From positions 1,044 to 65,043 of the forward strand of contig JAFEBQ010000031.1 in the NCBI GenBank assembly GCA_018242585.1: a DNA stretch of 64,000 bases, given 5' to 3'. The notes beneath the pieces were generated by a model. That model saw only the letters and a list, made by a program, of their open reading frames with translations. It was not told the DNA's origin and searched no databases. Position numbers and translations under genes: made by a program. Shown piece after piece: positions 53,974 to 63,818 of this stretch. This stretch comes from Planctomycetota bacterium. GTDB lineage: Bacteria > Planctomycetota > Planctomycetia > Pirellulales > PNKZ01. Within the stretch, counting starts at the first letter, position 1. Each line of letters begins with the position of its first letter.

Positions 53974-55509
53974 ATGGAACCGCAAAACGTATCCCGTCGT
54001 TCGTTTGTCAAAACGGCGGCCGTCACTGCCGCCGCTTCGAGCTTGCTGGCCGCGCCGGCCCCGGCTCGCGCCCTGGGCGCGAACGACCGGCTGCGCATCG
54101 GCTTCATCGGCCCCGGCGGTCGCGGCTTTGGCGCTCACGTGGTCAAGCTGGCCGAGCTACGCAAGGCCGGCGTGAACGTCGACCTGGTCGCGGTCTCGGA
54201 AGTTTACAAGGTCCAGGAAGACAAGGTCTGCGACTACATCAAGAAGGAAACCGGGGTCGAACCGAAGCGCTATGAAGACTATCGCGACATGCTGGCCGAC
54301 GGCTCGATCGACGCCGTCTGCATCGGTACGCCCGACCACTGGCACCATCGGCAAACGATCGATGCCTTGAAGGCTGGCAAGCACGTCTACTGCGAAAAGC
54401 CAATGACCAAGACGGTCGAAGAAGCCATCGACGTCATGCGCACCTGGAAGTCTAGCGGCAAGGTCATGCAGGTCGGCGTGCAATCGACCAGCTTGCCGGT
54501 CTGGAACGCTACCCGCGAGTTGCTCAACGACGGCAAGCTTGGCAAGGTGCTCGGCTATCAGACCGAGTACAACCGCAACTCGAGCACCGGCCAGTGGCGG
54601 ACCTACAAGCTGATGAAGGAAATGACTCCCAAGACGATCAATTGGGAGCGCTGGCTGGGGAGCAAGGAAGGGCTCGCGCCGGCGATTGACTTTGACCGGA
54701 CGATCTATGCCCAGTGGCGCTGCTACTGGCCGTACGGGTCGGGCATGTTCACCGATCTGTTCGTGCATCGCACCACGGCCATGTTGAAGGCCACGGGTCT
54801 GCGGTTCCCGGCTCGTGTTACTGGCGCCGGCGGCATTTACCTGGAACTCGATAGCCGCGAAGTGCCCGACGTGGCGACGGTGGTGGCCGACTTCAACGAA
54901 GGTTGCCAGGGGATCATCACCTCGACGATGTGCAACGAGAACGCCCGGATTTCGCAAATGATCCGCGGGCATTTCGGCGCGTTCGACTTTGGCAACGGCG
55001 AAGAGTTCTCCGAGTTCGCTTTCCGCGCCGAGCGTCCGCAAGTCACCTTGGACAGCAAGGTGGTCGACGACACCATCAAGGTCGATTTCCCGGCCGACTA
55101 CAAGTACTCGCTGCGCAAGAAGGGGAAGTCGGAGGAAAAGGTGCCCGACACCAGCTACATGCACTTCAAGAACTGGGTCGAAGCCATGCAAAGTGGCAAG
55201 CCCGAGATGTGCAACAACACGCCGGAACTTGGCGCGGCCGCGGTCACCACGGTGATTCTCGGCGCGATGAGCTACCGAACCGGCAAGATCTACCACTTCG
55301 ACGGCCAGCACGGCACGTACAGCGACGCCGACAACAGTTGGGCCAAGCGGTGGGAAGCCTTGTCCAAGTCGCACGGCAAGCCGACGCAGATTCCCGGCTG
55401 GCGTGCGGGCGACAAGGGCTCGACGCTGCAACCGCCCGAGCACATGGCGCTGGGTGGCCCGTGGAAGAACGGCATTCCGCCGGAAGGATCCGACAAGGTC
55501 GCCGGCTAA
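53974..55509 (+). CDS. Gfo/Idh/MocA-family oxidoreductase with a TAT signal
   Basis: SRRSFVKTAAVTAAASSLLAAPAPARA is the TAT signal. LRIGFIGPGGRG is a Rossmann motif. CEKPMTKT is the family motif. I chose the ATG at 53974 with AGGAGA 9 nt upstream. Confidence 0.85.
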   Translation: MEPQNVSRRSFVKTAAVTAAASSLLAAPAPARALGANDRLRIGFIGPGGRGFGAHVVKLAELRKAGVNVDLVAVSEVYKVQEDKVCDYIKKETGVEPKRYEDYRDMLADGSIDAVCIGTPDHWHHRQTIDALKAGKHVYCEKPMTKTVEEAIDVMRTWKSSGKVMQVGVQSTSLPVWNATRELLNDGKLGKVLGYQTEYNRNSSTGQWRTYKLMKEMTPKTINWERWLGSKEGLAPAIDFDRTIYAQWRCYWPYGSGMFTDLFVHRTTAMLKATGLRFPARVTGAGGIYLELDSREVPDVATVVADFNEGCQGIITSTMCNENARISQMIRGHFGAFDFGNGEEFSEFAFRAERPQVTLDSKVVDDTIKVDFPADYKYSLRKKGKSEEKVPDTSYMHFKNWVEAMQSGKPEMCNNTPELGAAAVTTVILGAMSYRTGKIYHFDGQHGTYSDADNSWAKRWEALSKSHGKPTQIPGWRAGDKGSTLQPPEHMALGGPWKNGIPPEGSDKVAG

Positions 55510-55549
55510 TCGCGGCGGTCGCCGGTGACAACTCGATCGACTTCAAAAG

Positions 55550-55577
55550 CCCAGGGGTTCCGCCCCCTGGGTTTTTT
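55550..55577 (+). terminator. Rho-independent terminator
   Basis: CCCAGGGG-TTCCGC-CCCCTGGG followed by TTTTTTG. Confidence 0.75.
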
Positions 55578-55594
55578 GTTGCGCAGAAGAAGTA

Positions 55595-55753
55595 TTCACC
55601 ACGGAGGCACGGAGGTCACAGAGAAAGCACGGAGAACGCGCCGATGACAAAGCGCTAATGACCAATGAGAGGAGCACCGTCAGCTGCTTGCATTTGGTCG
55701 AAAGAAGTTGGTCACTACGGCTTTGCTCTGTGACCTCTGTGCCTTGTGGTGAA
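55595..55753. repeat. Composite intergenic palindromic repeat
   Basis: TTCACCACGGAGGCACGGAGGTCACAGAG mirrors CTCTGTGACCTCTGTGCCTTGTGGTGAA. The centre carries TAATGACCAATGAG ... TTGGTCACTA. It lies between convergent genes. Confidence 0.8.
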
Positions 55754-55781
55754 TTCCCTCTGCGAGAGCGAGAAGGTCCGC

Positions 55782-56792
55782 TCAGAATTCGAGCGTCTCG
55801 CGGCGCCCGTGAGCGTGGCTGGCGCGGGCTTGTAGCACGACGGCTAGCGCCCGGTAGGCGTCCTCCAGGCTCGACGTACTGCGGATCAGGCTGGTGACGT
55901 GGCGATAGAACTGGCTCAGCAGTTGTTCGCCGACCGGGCGTTCGTTGTCGAGTGATTCCTGATGACGCCCCGCGCCGTCGAACCAGACTAGCGTGGACGG
56001 CAGATCGATGAACGCGATCCCGTTCTCACAGGCCACCTGCAGCGCGGCCGGCGGGCGGTAAGCCATCGCCTCTTGCCAAGCCGACGGCATGTATCGGCCG
56101 CAACTGATCTGGGCCGTGGCCGAGGTTCCCGGGCCGCAGGCCGGCTCCGAGAAGTCCAGGCTCATCATCTGGTAGTCGTCTTCGGTCGGATTCGCGGCCG
56201 CGGCGTGACGCAGGCCGAGCACGCTGGTCGGCTCGTGTCCCACAACGTATCGGCACCAATCGACTAGTTCGACTAGATCGTGCAGCGGCGACGTGTTGGC
56301 CAGCTTGGCCGCCGGTGTCGGTTCGGCCGCCACTCGGGCGTGACAGAACAGCAACCGCGGCTGTCCTAGCCGGGTGGCAATCAGCTCTTTCAGCCGCAAC
56401 GTGGCGGGCATTTGCCGCCGCGGCAGCTCGGTCATGAACGCCACGCCCGATTGTTCGACCCGTTGCTTGAACTGCCGGGCCTGTTCGATGTCGAGTTCCA
56501 GGCTGTTGATGCAGTAGACCGCCTTGCCGGCGTCACAGGCCGCCAGTACCGGCAGATAGCCGAACCATTGCGGCGCCAGGATCATGACGACATCAACGTC
56601 GGGTCGCTGCGCCAAGGCGCGGAACCCGTCGACGGTCTCGGCGTTCCATTCGCGCGCCGCTTGCTCGGCCCGATGGACGACCGGATCGCACACGGCACGG
56701 ACCTCGAAGCGGTCCCCCAGCGTGCGCAAGGCGGGCCGGTGACGCGATTCCCAGGCGGTTCCCAATCCGACCAGACCTACCCGCAGTTTCAT
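55782..56792 (-). CDS. Gfo/Idh/MocA-family oxidoreductase (cytoplasmic type)
   Basis: MKLRVGLVGLGTAWESRH is a Rossmann N-terminus. The family architecture fits, and there is no signal peptide. Confidence 0.8.
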   Translation of the reverse strand: MKLRVGLVGLGTAWESRHRPALRTLGDRFEVRAVCDPVVHRAEQAAREWNAETVDGFRALAQRPDVDVVMILAPQWFGYLPVLAACDAGKAVYCINSLELDIEQARQFKQRVEQSGVAFMTELPRRQMPATLRLKELIATRLGQPRLLFCHARVAAEPTPAAKLANTSPLHDLVELVDWCRYVVGHEPTSVLGLRHAAAANPTEDDYQMMSLDFSEPACGPGTSATAQISCGRYMPSAWQEAMAYRPPAALQVACENGIAFIDLPSTLVWFDGAGRHQESLDNERPVGEQLLSQFYRHVTSLIRSTSSLEDAYRALAVVLQARASHAHGRRETLEF

Positions 56793-57308
56793 CGTGGCTC
56801 GATCGAGCTAGAGGAGATTGCTTGCATGCATGCCCCAGCTTGCCAGCGCGAATGGCCTAGGCAAACGGACGGCATGTTGCACCATATTCAGACTGGCGCT
56901 CGAAGTCTACCAGTTTTCGACACTTACGACGCCCGACTCGCATCGATTTATATCGGTCGATACTTAGGCAGACTAGGGTGTGTCGTTAAACTCGACGCCT
57001 TGGGAAAAGTGACCGCAATTTATCGTTGCATTCGCATCTCGCCCAGCTAAACTTAGCCGCTCTCGACGGTCGCTCGCGACCAGGCACTGGTAAGGAAGCC
57101 GTCGGGTGGTGGAACCGCACGAAGCTGGAATGCCCGCTACGTATTGCAGCCACTCGTCACGCCGCTTGGCTGTCGTCTGGTAGGCCGCTGACTCATCTCC
57201 GCCGACCGACCACAGCCACCGTTTGCGATCGCCTGTCCGTTTTTTTCAGCCGAGCTCGTCGGCCGGCGGCGGTCGTCAGGATTTTTTCATTTGAGGAGGA
57301 TAGGAACT

Positions 57309-57716
57309 GTGACCAGTCTCGCTCTTGCTGTCATGATGCAAGCATCGATGTTGTCAGTCGGAAACACTAACTACGACACCGCTCTGGAAGCGGCCGAAAA
57401 GTCCGGCAAGCCGTTGGTTGTACTCGTCGGGGCCGATTGGTGCCCGGGCTGCCGAACCATGAAGCAAACGTCGATTCCACAGTTGCAGAAGCAAGGGGGC
57501 TTGGACCGCGTGGCTTTCGCCACGGTGAACACCGACCAGCAGAGCTCGCTGGCCAATCGGCTCACCGGCGGCGGCAGCATTCCGCAATTGGTGATGTACA
57601 GCCGTGACGGCGAAAAGTGGCAGCGCCGCGTCCTGATCGGCGCCCACAGCCCACGGGAAATCGAGCGCTTCATCGGCCAGGCATTGCCCAAGACCGCCAA
57701 CGAAGCCAGCGAATAG
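57309..57716 (+). CDS. Secreted thioredoxin-fold protein
   Basis: LVVLVGADWCPGCRTMK carries the WCxxC active site. A signal-like N-terminus is present. I chose the GTG at 57309 after GAGGAGGA; the ORF track starts at the TTG at 57291. Confidence 0.7.
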   Translation: MTSLALAVMMQASMLSVGNTNYDTALEAAEKSGKPLVVLVGADWCPGCRTMKQTSIPQLQKQGGLDRVAFATVNTDQQSSLANRLTGGGSIPQLVMYSRDGEKWQRRVLIGAHSPREIERFIGQALPKTANEASE

Positions 57717-57744
57717 TTCGCCGCCCAAGCGGTGAAAACCCACG

Positions 57745-57785
57745 AGGCGTCTGCTGTCCCACCCGGATGGCAGACGCCTTTTTTA
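57745..57785. terminator. Bidirectional Rho-independent terminator between convergent genes
   Basis: AGGCGTCTGC (57745-57754) pairs with GCAGACGCCT (57770-57779). TTTTTT follows on the plus strand, and a short T-run follows on the minus strand. Confidence 0.65.
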
Positions 57786-59102
57786 TTTGAGCCGAGTCAG
57801 GTCTTCCTGCTGGGTACCGTCGCCGGCTTTGACCAGCTTGTGGCCGGTGGGGGGCGTCAACTGCGCAAGCTGCGTCACCCGGGGGTGATCGTTCAGCCAG
57901 GCCTGCGCCAACTGGCGCGAGGCGTCCCAGGCCTGCCGGTCGCTCCCTTCCAGGAAGTCGCGGTCGACGATGGCCGCGATCCGCGCCACCGCCACATCGC
58001 AGTAACGCCACGCCTGGGCCGGCTTCTCGACCCGCGGGCGCTCGTCAGCCAACAGGACGGCCAGATACGGAATCCGATTCTGAGTGAACCGGTTCCCCAG
58101 TCCGGCGACCAGTGCCGCGTAGCGACGCGTAACCGGCCCGCCGGCGCGCACCTCGGCCCGCAGGGTTTCGAGCAAGCGTTGTTGATCCTCGGGCGTGCCA
58201 TAGTCGGCAACCAGGGCGGCGGCCATCTGGTATTCGGCGTCGGTTGCCTCGTGAGATTCGATGAGCTTGGCGCCCTGGTGCGCTGCGCTGCGCCCGATCA
58301 GATCAGTAGGCCCATCGGCCAGCCGCTGGGCCAACGGAATCGCAAATGGGCCGTGTGAACCCTGGTAATGTGACACGGCGTTCATCGTGTCGGCGTCACC
58401 CCGCTTGGCGCGCAGTCGGCGGATCAGCTCTTCATATTGCGTCGGCTTGGGCTCGCCGATCACCGGGGCAAAATGCTCGGCCAGCGCCTGCCACTCCTTT
58501 TCGCTCGGGTGCGGCCGGGGCAAGTAGGTCCGCAGATTCGCTTGCTGGACCTGCACGCATTCGTCGAAGCTGAAACTGTGCATCTCGGCCAGCGCGTCTT
58601 CGGCGCTCCAGCGGTCATATTCCATGCGGAACAGCGCGGCCAGCGTCCCGGTGCGATGCCGGCCACCCATGCAATGGATCGCCACCGGCAAATTGTCGGG
58701 GTCGTCCATGAGGCGGAAGAAGGCTTCGTATTCCCAGGGCGTGGGCCAGGGCCAGCACGCTTCGTCCCCCATCGGCCATTGCACCATCCGCGCGCCCAAG
58801 CTGGCAACCCAATCGGACTCCTGCTGGCCGCTGGGACCGAACGGATCGACCAGCCCTTCGTGCAGTCGGTAGTCGTAAAGCTGCAGGCTGACCACGGTTC
58901 GCACGTGATAATCTTCGATCAGATGGCGCAGGCCCCACTCGGTCGGCTGGGCCACGCGGTAGAACACGCCGGCATGGACTTCCTGGAACCGCTTCAGGTG
59001 ATAGCGCGCCAACGCTAGTTGCAGCCCCCAGCCGGTGCCGAGCGCGACGATGCCGATAACGGCCCAAATCGATAGTTGTTTTCCAGTCCAGCGCGATGCC
59101 AT
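57783..59102 (-). CDS. Membrane-anchored protein tyrosine / dual-specificity phosphatase-like protein
   Basis: There is an N-terminal TM (LSIWAVIGIVALGTGWGL). VAIHCMGGRHRTGT is the C-x5-R(S/T) P-loop. About 230 aa of helical C-terminal domain have unknown function. Confidence 0.7.
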   Translation of the reverse strand: MASRWTGKQLSIWAVIGIVALGTGWGLQLALARYHLKRFQEVHAGVFYRVAQPTEWGLRHLIEDYHVRTVVSLQLYDYRLHEGLVDPFGPSGQQESDWVASLGARMVQWPMGDEACWPWPTPWEYEAFFRLMDDPDNLPVAIHCMGGRHRTGTLAALFRMEYDRWSAEDALAEMHSFSFDECVQVQQANLRTYLPRPHPSEKEWQALAEHFAPVIGEPKPTQYEELIRRLRAKRGDADTMNAVSHYQGSHGPFAIPLAQRLADGPTDLIGRSAAHQGAKLIESHEATDAEYQMAAALVADYGTPEDQQRLLETLRAEVRAGGPVTRRYAALVAGLGNRFTQNRIPYLAVLLADERPRVEKPAQAWRYCDVAVARIAAIVDRDFLEGSDRQAWDASRQLAQAWLNDHPRVTQLAQLTPPTGHKLVKAGDGTQQEDLTRLK

Positions 59103-59476
59103 GCGTAACTAGCCCCGTGTCTTAAGGAGTGCGGTCGGCAACAATAGTCAATCGGCGCTGACCGGGTCAACGTCGGTCGTGGGACGACGTTGCGGTGCTA
59201 GCTTCCGTATCAAACAAGCACCGACGTTTCTGCGACGAACCGGGGGGGCAGTTGTCAGTCGTCCGTTGTCAGTTGCAGTGAAGTTCAGCTTCCAGTTGGT
59301 CATTGGGACTTGGACATTCGGGCTTTGTCTTCGCGTCGACCGCGATTATTCGCCTTTTCATGGGCCGGTTGTGATCGGCCCGGCCAGCGATCACAATGCG
59401 GTATTGCCCGCTGCTAGCACGCGCGGGCGCTGATTCCCACTCAACCCACACCGATTGGCCCGCCCGGCAGCTGCGC

Positions 59477-60277
59477 ATGAGCCCTTCCGACACACGCATG
59501 ACGGTCCCCAAGTTCGTCGCCCTCAAAGCCGCCGGACAAAAGATCACCGTCCTGACGGCCTATGACTATCCGCTGGCCCGACTGCTCGATCAGGCCGGCG
59601 TCGACGCGATCTTGGTTGGGGACAGTATGTCGATGGTCGTGCAAGGGCACGACACCACGCTGCGGGTGACGCTCGACGAGATGATCTACCACGCCGAGAT
59701 GGTGGGGCGCGCGGTCGAGCGGGCGCTGACCGTGGTCGATCTGCCGTTTCCGATCAATCACCTGGGACCGTACAAGGCGGTCGAGAGCGCGGGCCGAGTG
59801 CTGAAAGAAACCGGCTGCCAGGCCGTCAAACTCGAAGGGGGCGCCGAGCAGTCCGAAGTCATCAGCGCCATGGTCGCGGCCGGCATTCCAGTGATGGCTC
59901 ACGTCGGCTTGCGCCCGCAAAGCGTGCATGTGCTGGGTGGTTACAAGGTCCAGCGCGACGTCGAGCGCTTGATGGCCGACGCCCGAGCGGCCGAGGCGGC
60001 CGGCGCGTTCGGCATTGTGCTCGAATGTATTCCGGCCGAGTTGGCAGCCTCGATCACCAAGACGTTGCAGATACCGACCATTGGCATCGGCGCCGGCGCG
60101 AACTGCGACGGCCAGGTGCTGGTCTCGTACGACATGCTCGGCCTGACCGGCGGTCACGTGCCGCGCTTCGTGCGACAGTACGCCAACCTGAAGCAAGACG
60201 TCATCGACGCAGCCGCGCGCTTTCGCGACGACGTCCGCAACGGCAAGTTCCCCGGTCCCAACGAAAGCTTTTCGTAA
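59477..60277 (+). CDS. panB: 3-methyl-2-oxobutanoate hydroxymethyltransferase
   Basis: ITVLTAYDYPLARLLDQAGVDAILVGDSM, VKLEGG, MAHVGLRPQS and IGIGAG are canonical PanB blocks. I chose the ATG at 59477. Confidence 0.9.
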   Translation: MSPSDTRMTVPKFVALKAAGQKITVLTAYDYPLARLLDQAGVDAILVGDSMSMVVQGHDTTLRVTLDEMIYHAEMVGRAVERALTVVDLPFPINHLGPYKAVESAGRVLKETGCQAVKLEGGAEQSEVISAMVAAGIPVMAHVGLRPQSVHVLGGYKVQRDVERLMADARAAEAAGAFGIVLECIPAELAASITKTLQIPTIGIGAGANCDGQVLVSYDMLGLTGGHVPRFVRQYANLKQDVIDAAARFRDDVRNGKFPGPNESFS

Positions 60278-60299
60278 ATCACACGCCGAGGCGTGAACC

Positions 60300-62801
60300 A
60301 TGCATCGCCGCTTGTTCCAGTTCGTTTGCACTGCCGCGCTGATCGGCTCGCTGCCGGCCTTCGCCCTTGCCGCCGAAGGTGCGACGGCTGGCGATGCCAA
60401 GCCGGTGGCCACCGCACCTGCGGCGTCGGCCGCGCCGCTGCCGGGTCACTCGGCTCACGGGGCGGCGTTCGACGATGGCCCGCGGCAAGCGGCGCACTTG
60501 ATCCCCGGCTGTGGCAACGTCTCGATCCAGGTCACGACCAAGTCTCCCGAGGCGCAGCAGTTCTTCAATCAAGGGCTTGGCCAGTTGCACGGCTTCTGGT
60601 ACTTCGAAGCCGAGCGCTCGTTCCGGCAGGCGGCCCAGTTGGACCCGGACTGCGCGATGGCCTATTGGGGGATGGCGCTGGCGAATATCAACAACGCGAA
60701 GCGGGCCAGGCAGTTCATCGAGCAAGCGACCAAACGCCGCGCGAAAGCTTCGCCGCGCGAGCAAGCCTGGATCGACGCCTGGGCCACGTACTATCGCGAA
60801 CCGCCCGCCGCCAAGGCCGACAAACCCAAGGAAGCCTCGCCAGCCGTTGCGAAGCCAGTCCCCGCGACGACGGGCGACAAACCTGCCACGCCGGCGAAAC
60901 CCGCCGCTCCTGCGGCATCGGCCGTCGCGGCCAAGGCGAATCCACCGGCCAAGCCCGACGCGACCAAGGCCCAGGAGACTGAACGCCGTCGCAAGCTGGT
61001 CCGCGCGCTCGAGGACATAACCTTTGACTATCCCGACGAGGTCGAGGCCAAGGCGCAGCTCGCCGTGTTGATTTGGCAGAACCGCGAGCACAACTTGCCG
61101 ATCAGCAGCCACCGGGCCGTCGATGCGCTGCTGGGCGAAGTGTTCGCCACGGTGCCCAATCACCCGGCCCACCATTATCGGATTCACCTGTGGGACGACG
61201 AGAAGCCGCTGCGCGCCGTGAAGTCGGCGGCCCAGTGTGGGCAAGCCGCGCCGGCCATCGCCCACATGTGGCACATGCCAGGGCACACCTACTCGAAGTT
61301 GCACCGCTACCGCGACGCGGCCTGGCAGCAGGAAGCGGCTACGCGAACCGATCACGCCTACATGATTGCCAATCGGGTCATGCCCGACGAGATTCACAAC
61401 TATGCTCACAACCAGGAATGGTTGATCCGCACGCTGGGGCTGTTGGGCCGAGCCCATCAAGGGGTCGCGCTGGCCAAGAACATGACCGAACTGCCGCGTC
61501 ATCCGCGGTATAACACGGCCAGCAAAGGGAAGGGGAGTGCCAGCTTCGGCCGGACGCGCTTGATTGAAACCCTGTCGACGTTCGAGCTGTGGGACGAGCT
61601 GATCGCGCTGGCCGACACGCCTTATTTGGAAAAGCGGGACGAGCGGGCCGACGAGTTGCCGCGCGTCCGGGCGCTGGGGACGGCGTACTACTTGACGGGC
61701 AAGCGCGAGCAAGGAGACACGCAACTCCGAACGCTCGAAACCTGGCTTGCCGAAGAGAAGAAGCCCAAGTCAACCGACAAGAAGGACGACAAGACCGCCG
61801 CCGCCAAGCAGCCCGACGAGAAGAAGCCAGCCGACGCTAAGAACGCCGTCGCCGACAAGAAGACCGACGACGGCAAGAACGCGTCGAAGCTGGTCACCGA
61901 CCTGGAACGGGCGATCGACGAGCTGCGCGGCCACCGCGCCACCAGCGAAGAGCAATGGGACGAAGCGCTCAAGCACTTGGAACGGGCCAAGGTCAGCCGC
62001 GAAGTTCTGAGTCGAGCCAACCTCGCCGCCGGCAAACGCGACGAAGCCGAGAAGCTCGCTCGCCAGGCAGCTACGGCCGACAAGGATCAGGCCTATCCGC
62101 GGGCCAATCTGGTCGATGTGCTGAATCGGCTCGAAAAGCACGACGAGGCGGCCAAGGAACTGGCCGAGCTGCGTCGCGTCGGCGGTAAGATGGACCTGGA
62201 CTTGCCGGTCATCGCGCGGATTGCGTCGGTAATCGCGCGCGAGAAACTGTCGGGCGACTGGCGGACCAAGCCAACCGACGCGACCGACGTTGGCGTGCGC
62301 CCTCAGCTCGACAGCCTGGGCCCGGTGACGTGGACACCGCCAGCCGCGCCAAAGCTGGGCGAGTTCACCACGGCCGAGGGGAAAAAGCTCCGCTGGGACG
62401 ATTACCGTGGCAAGCCGGTCGTGCTGGTGTTCTACCTGGGCAAGAGTTGTTTGCACTGTGTCGAGCAGTTGAAGAAGTTCGCCCCGGCGGCGGGCAAGTT
62501 CCGCGACGCCGGCATCGAGTTGTTGGGCGTCAGCACCGATGGGCCCGAGGCACTGGAAACGTCCTGGACCAGCTTTGCGAGCGACGGCGAGTTTCCGTTC
62601 CCGCTGGTCTCGGACGCCGGCATGGAACGGTTCAAGGCTTATGGGGCGTACGACGATTTCGAGCGCGTGCCACTGCACGCCACGGTGGTGGTCGATGGCC
62701 GCGGGCGGATCGTCTGGCAGGACATCGGCGCCGAGCCGTTCACCGACGTGGACTTCGTGCTGAAAGAAGCTCGGCGGCAATTGAGCTTCCCGCGGCCGTG
62801 A
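60300..62801 (+). CDS. Secreted multidomain protein: TPR-like region, K/D/A/P-rich linkers and a C-terminal AhpC/TSA-type redoxin domain
   Basis: The signal peptide is MHRRLFQFVCTAALIGSLPAFALA. The C-terminus reads KPVVLVFYLGKSCLHCVEQLKKF ... FPFPLVSD, a peroxiredoxin/thioredoxin fold. Confidence 0.7.
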   Translation: MHRRLFQFVCTAALIGSLPAFALAAEGATAGDAKPVATAPAASAAPLPGHSAHGAAFDDGPRQAAHLIPGCGNVSIQVTTKSPEAQQFFNQGLGQLHGFWYFEAERSFRQAAQLDPDCAMAYWGMALANINNAKRARQFIEQATKRRAKASPREQAWIDAWATYYREPPAAKADKPKEASPAVAKPVPATTGDKPATPAKPAAPAASAVAAKANPPAKPDATKAQETERRRKLVRALEDITFDYPDEVEAKAQLAVLIWQNREHNLPISSHRAVDALLGEVFATVPNHPAHHYRIHLWDDEKPLRAVKSAAQCGQAAPAIAHMWHMPGHTYSKLHRYRDAAWQQEAATRTDHAYMIANRVMPDEIHNYAHNQEWLIRTLGLLGRAHQGVALAKNMTELPRHPRYNTASKGKGSASFGRTRLIETLSTFELWDELIALADTPYLEKRDERADELPRVRALGTAYYLTGKREQGDTQLRTLETWLAEEKKPKSTDKKDDKTAAAKQPDEKKPADAKNAVADKKTDDGKNASKLVTDLERAIDELRGHRATSEEQWDEALKHLERAKVSREVLSRANLAAGKRDEAEKLARQAATADKDQAYPRANLVDVLNRLEKHDEAAKELAELRRVGGKMDLDLPVIARIASVIAREKLSGDWRTKPTDATDVGVRPQLDSLGPVTWTPPAAPKLGEFTTAEGKKLRWDDYRGKPVVLVFYLGKSCLHCVEQLKKFAPAAGKFRDAGIELLGVSTDGPEALETSWTSFASDGEFPFPLVSDAGMERFKAYGAYDDFERVPLHATVVVDGRGRIVWQDIGAEPFTDVDFVLKEARRQLSFPRP

Positions 62802-62955
62802 CGAGCGCGCCGAAACGCCCATTTCGCACACGATCTTGAACCCAAGGCGGCCGATAGACTCGCCGCTGGCGCTGGGTTAAGCTCTTTCATCGGTAATCCA
62901 TTAACGCGATCGCGCCAGCCGTGACGCGATTCGATTTGGCGCAAAGGAGCGGGCG

Positions 62956-63738
62956 ATGTCCAAGTTGATGCGGAGTTTCCTGGCGGGGTGTGGGCTCGTG
63001 CTGCTGGTGCAAGCCGGCTGTGGCAAGGCGCCGCACGCCAGTCCCGAGCGCCAGGCGGTCGACCAGGTCGTCAAGGCGATCGAAGACCTGCACGGCAAGG
63101 CGATTCGCAACACGCAATCCGACGAGGGGGCGATCATCGAGGCCGACTTGGAAGAGACCGCGGTCACCGACGCGCAGCTGGCCACGTGGAGCGCGACGAT
63201 CGGCTTTGCCAAGCTGCACACCTTGGACCTGAGCGATACCAAGATCGACGGCTCGGGGCTGGAGCAGTTGGGCAAGCTCAAGACCTTAAAGAAGCTCGAC
63301 CTGAGTGGCACGCAAATCGACGACACGGACTTGGCCCATTTGAAGGCATGTCTGTCGCTCGAATCGCTCGACCTGGAAGAGACGCAGGTGACCGCCAAGG
63401 GGGTGGCGTTGTTAGAGGAACTGCCGGCGCTGGCTGAATTGTCGCTGGGCTCGACCAAGCTGGCCGATGCCGACCTGACTAAGGTGGCTACGTTGGTGCG
63501 ACTGCGCAGTTTGAACCTGAGCGGCACGCAAGTCACTGGCAAGGGGCTGGAGTCACTGGCTGTGTTGACGAAGTTGGAGTCGCTGGACCTCAGCGGTACG
63601 GCGGTCGACGACAGCGCGATCCCGGCGCTCGCGGCGCTGAAATCGCTGAAGACCCTGGTGTTGTTCGACACCAAACTCACCAAAGCCGGAGCCGAGCAAT
63701 TGCGGAAGGCGATGCCGAAAGTAAACATCACGTTCTAA
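62956..63738 (+). CDS. Leucine-rich-repeat lipoprotein
   Basis: LLVQAGCG is a lipobox. There are about 8 tandem 24-residue LRRs (LxxLxLSGTxVTDxGLxxL). Confidence 0.8.
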   Translation: MSKLMRSFLAGCGLVLLVQAGCGKAPHASPERQAVDQVVKAIEDLHGKAIRNTQSDEGAIIEADLEETAVTDAQLATWSATIGFAKLHTLDLSDTKIDGSGLEQLGKLKTLKKLDLSGTQIDDTDLAHLKACLSLESLDLEETQVTAKGVALLEELPALAELSLGSTKLADADLTKVATLVRLRSLNLSGTQVTGKGLESLAVLTKLESLDLSGTAVDDSAIPALAALKSLKTLVLFDTKLTKAGAEQLRKAMPKVNITF

Positions 63739-63755
63739 CGCGCCGCGCAACACAA

Positions 63756-63780
63756 AGCCCCCGGTCATTGACCGGGGGCT
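63756..63780. terminator. Bidirectional terminator hairpin between convergent genes
   Basis: AGCCCCCGGTCA-T-TGACCGGGGGCT forms a 12-bp perfect stem. The flanking U-tracts are weak. Confidence 0.6.
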
Positions 63781-63818
63781 AATGTTCATTGCTCGACGAT
63801 ATAAGTCGCGGCGGTCGC

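Noticed and set aside
57081-57160. A cobalamin-riboswitch-like string (GGCACTGGTAAGGAAGCC ... GGTGGAACCGCAC ... CCCGCTACGTA ... GCCACTC).
   Set aside because: Individual words resemble B12-element blocks, but their order does not follow the consensus: the GCCACUG/GGGAAGGC-like part comes first. The B12 box itself is not recognisable, and a thioredoxin gene is not a typical B12-regulated target. This needs cmscan before any claim.
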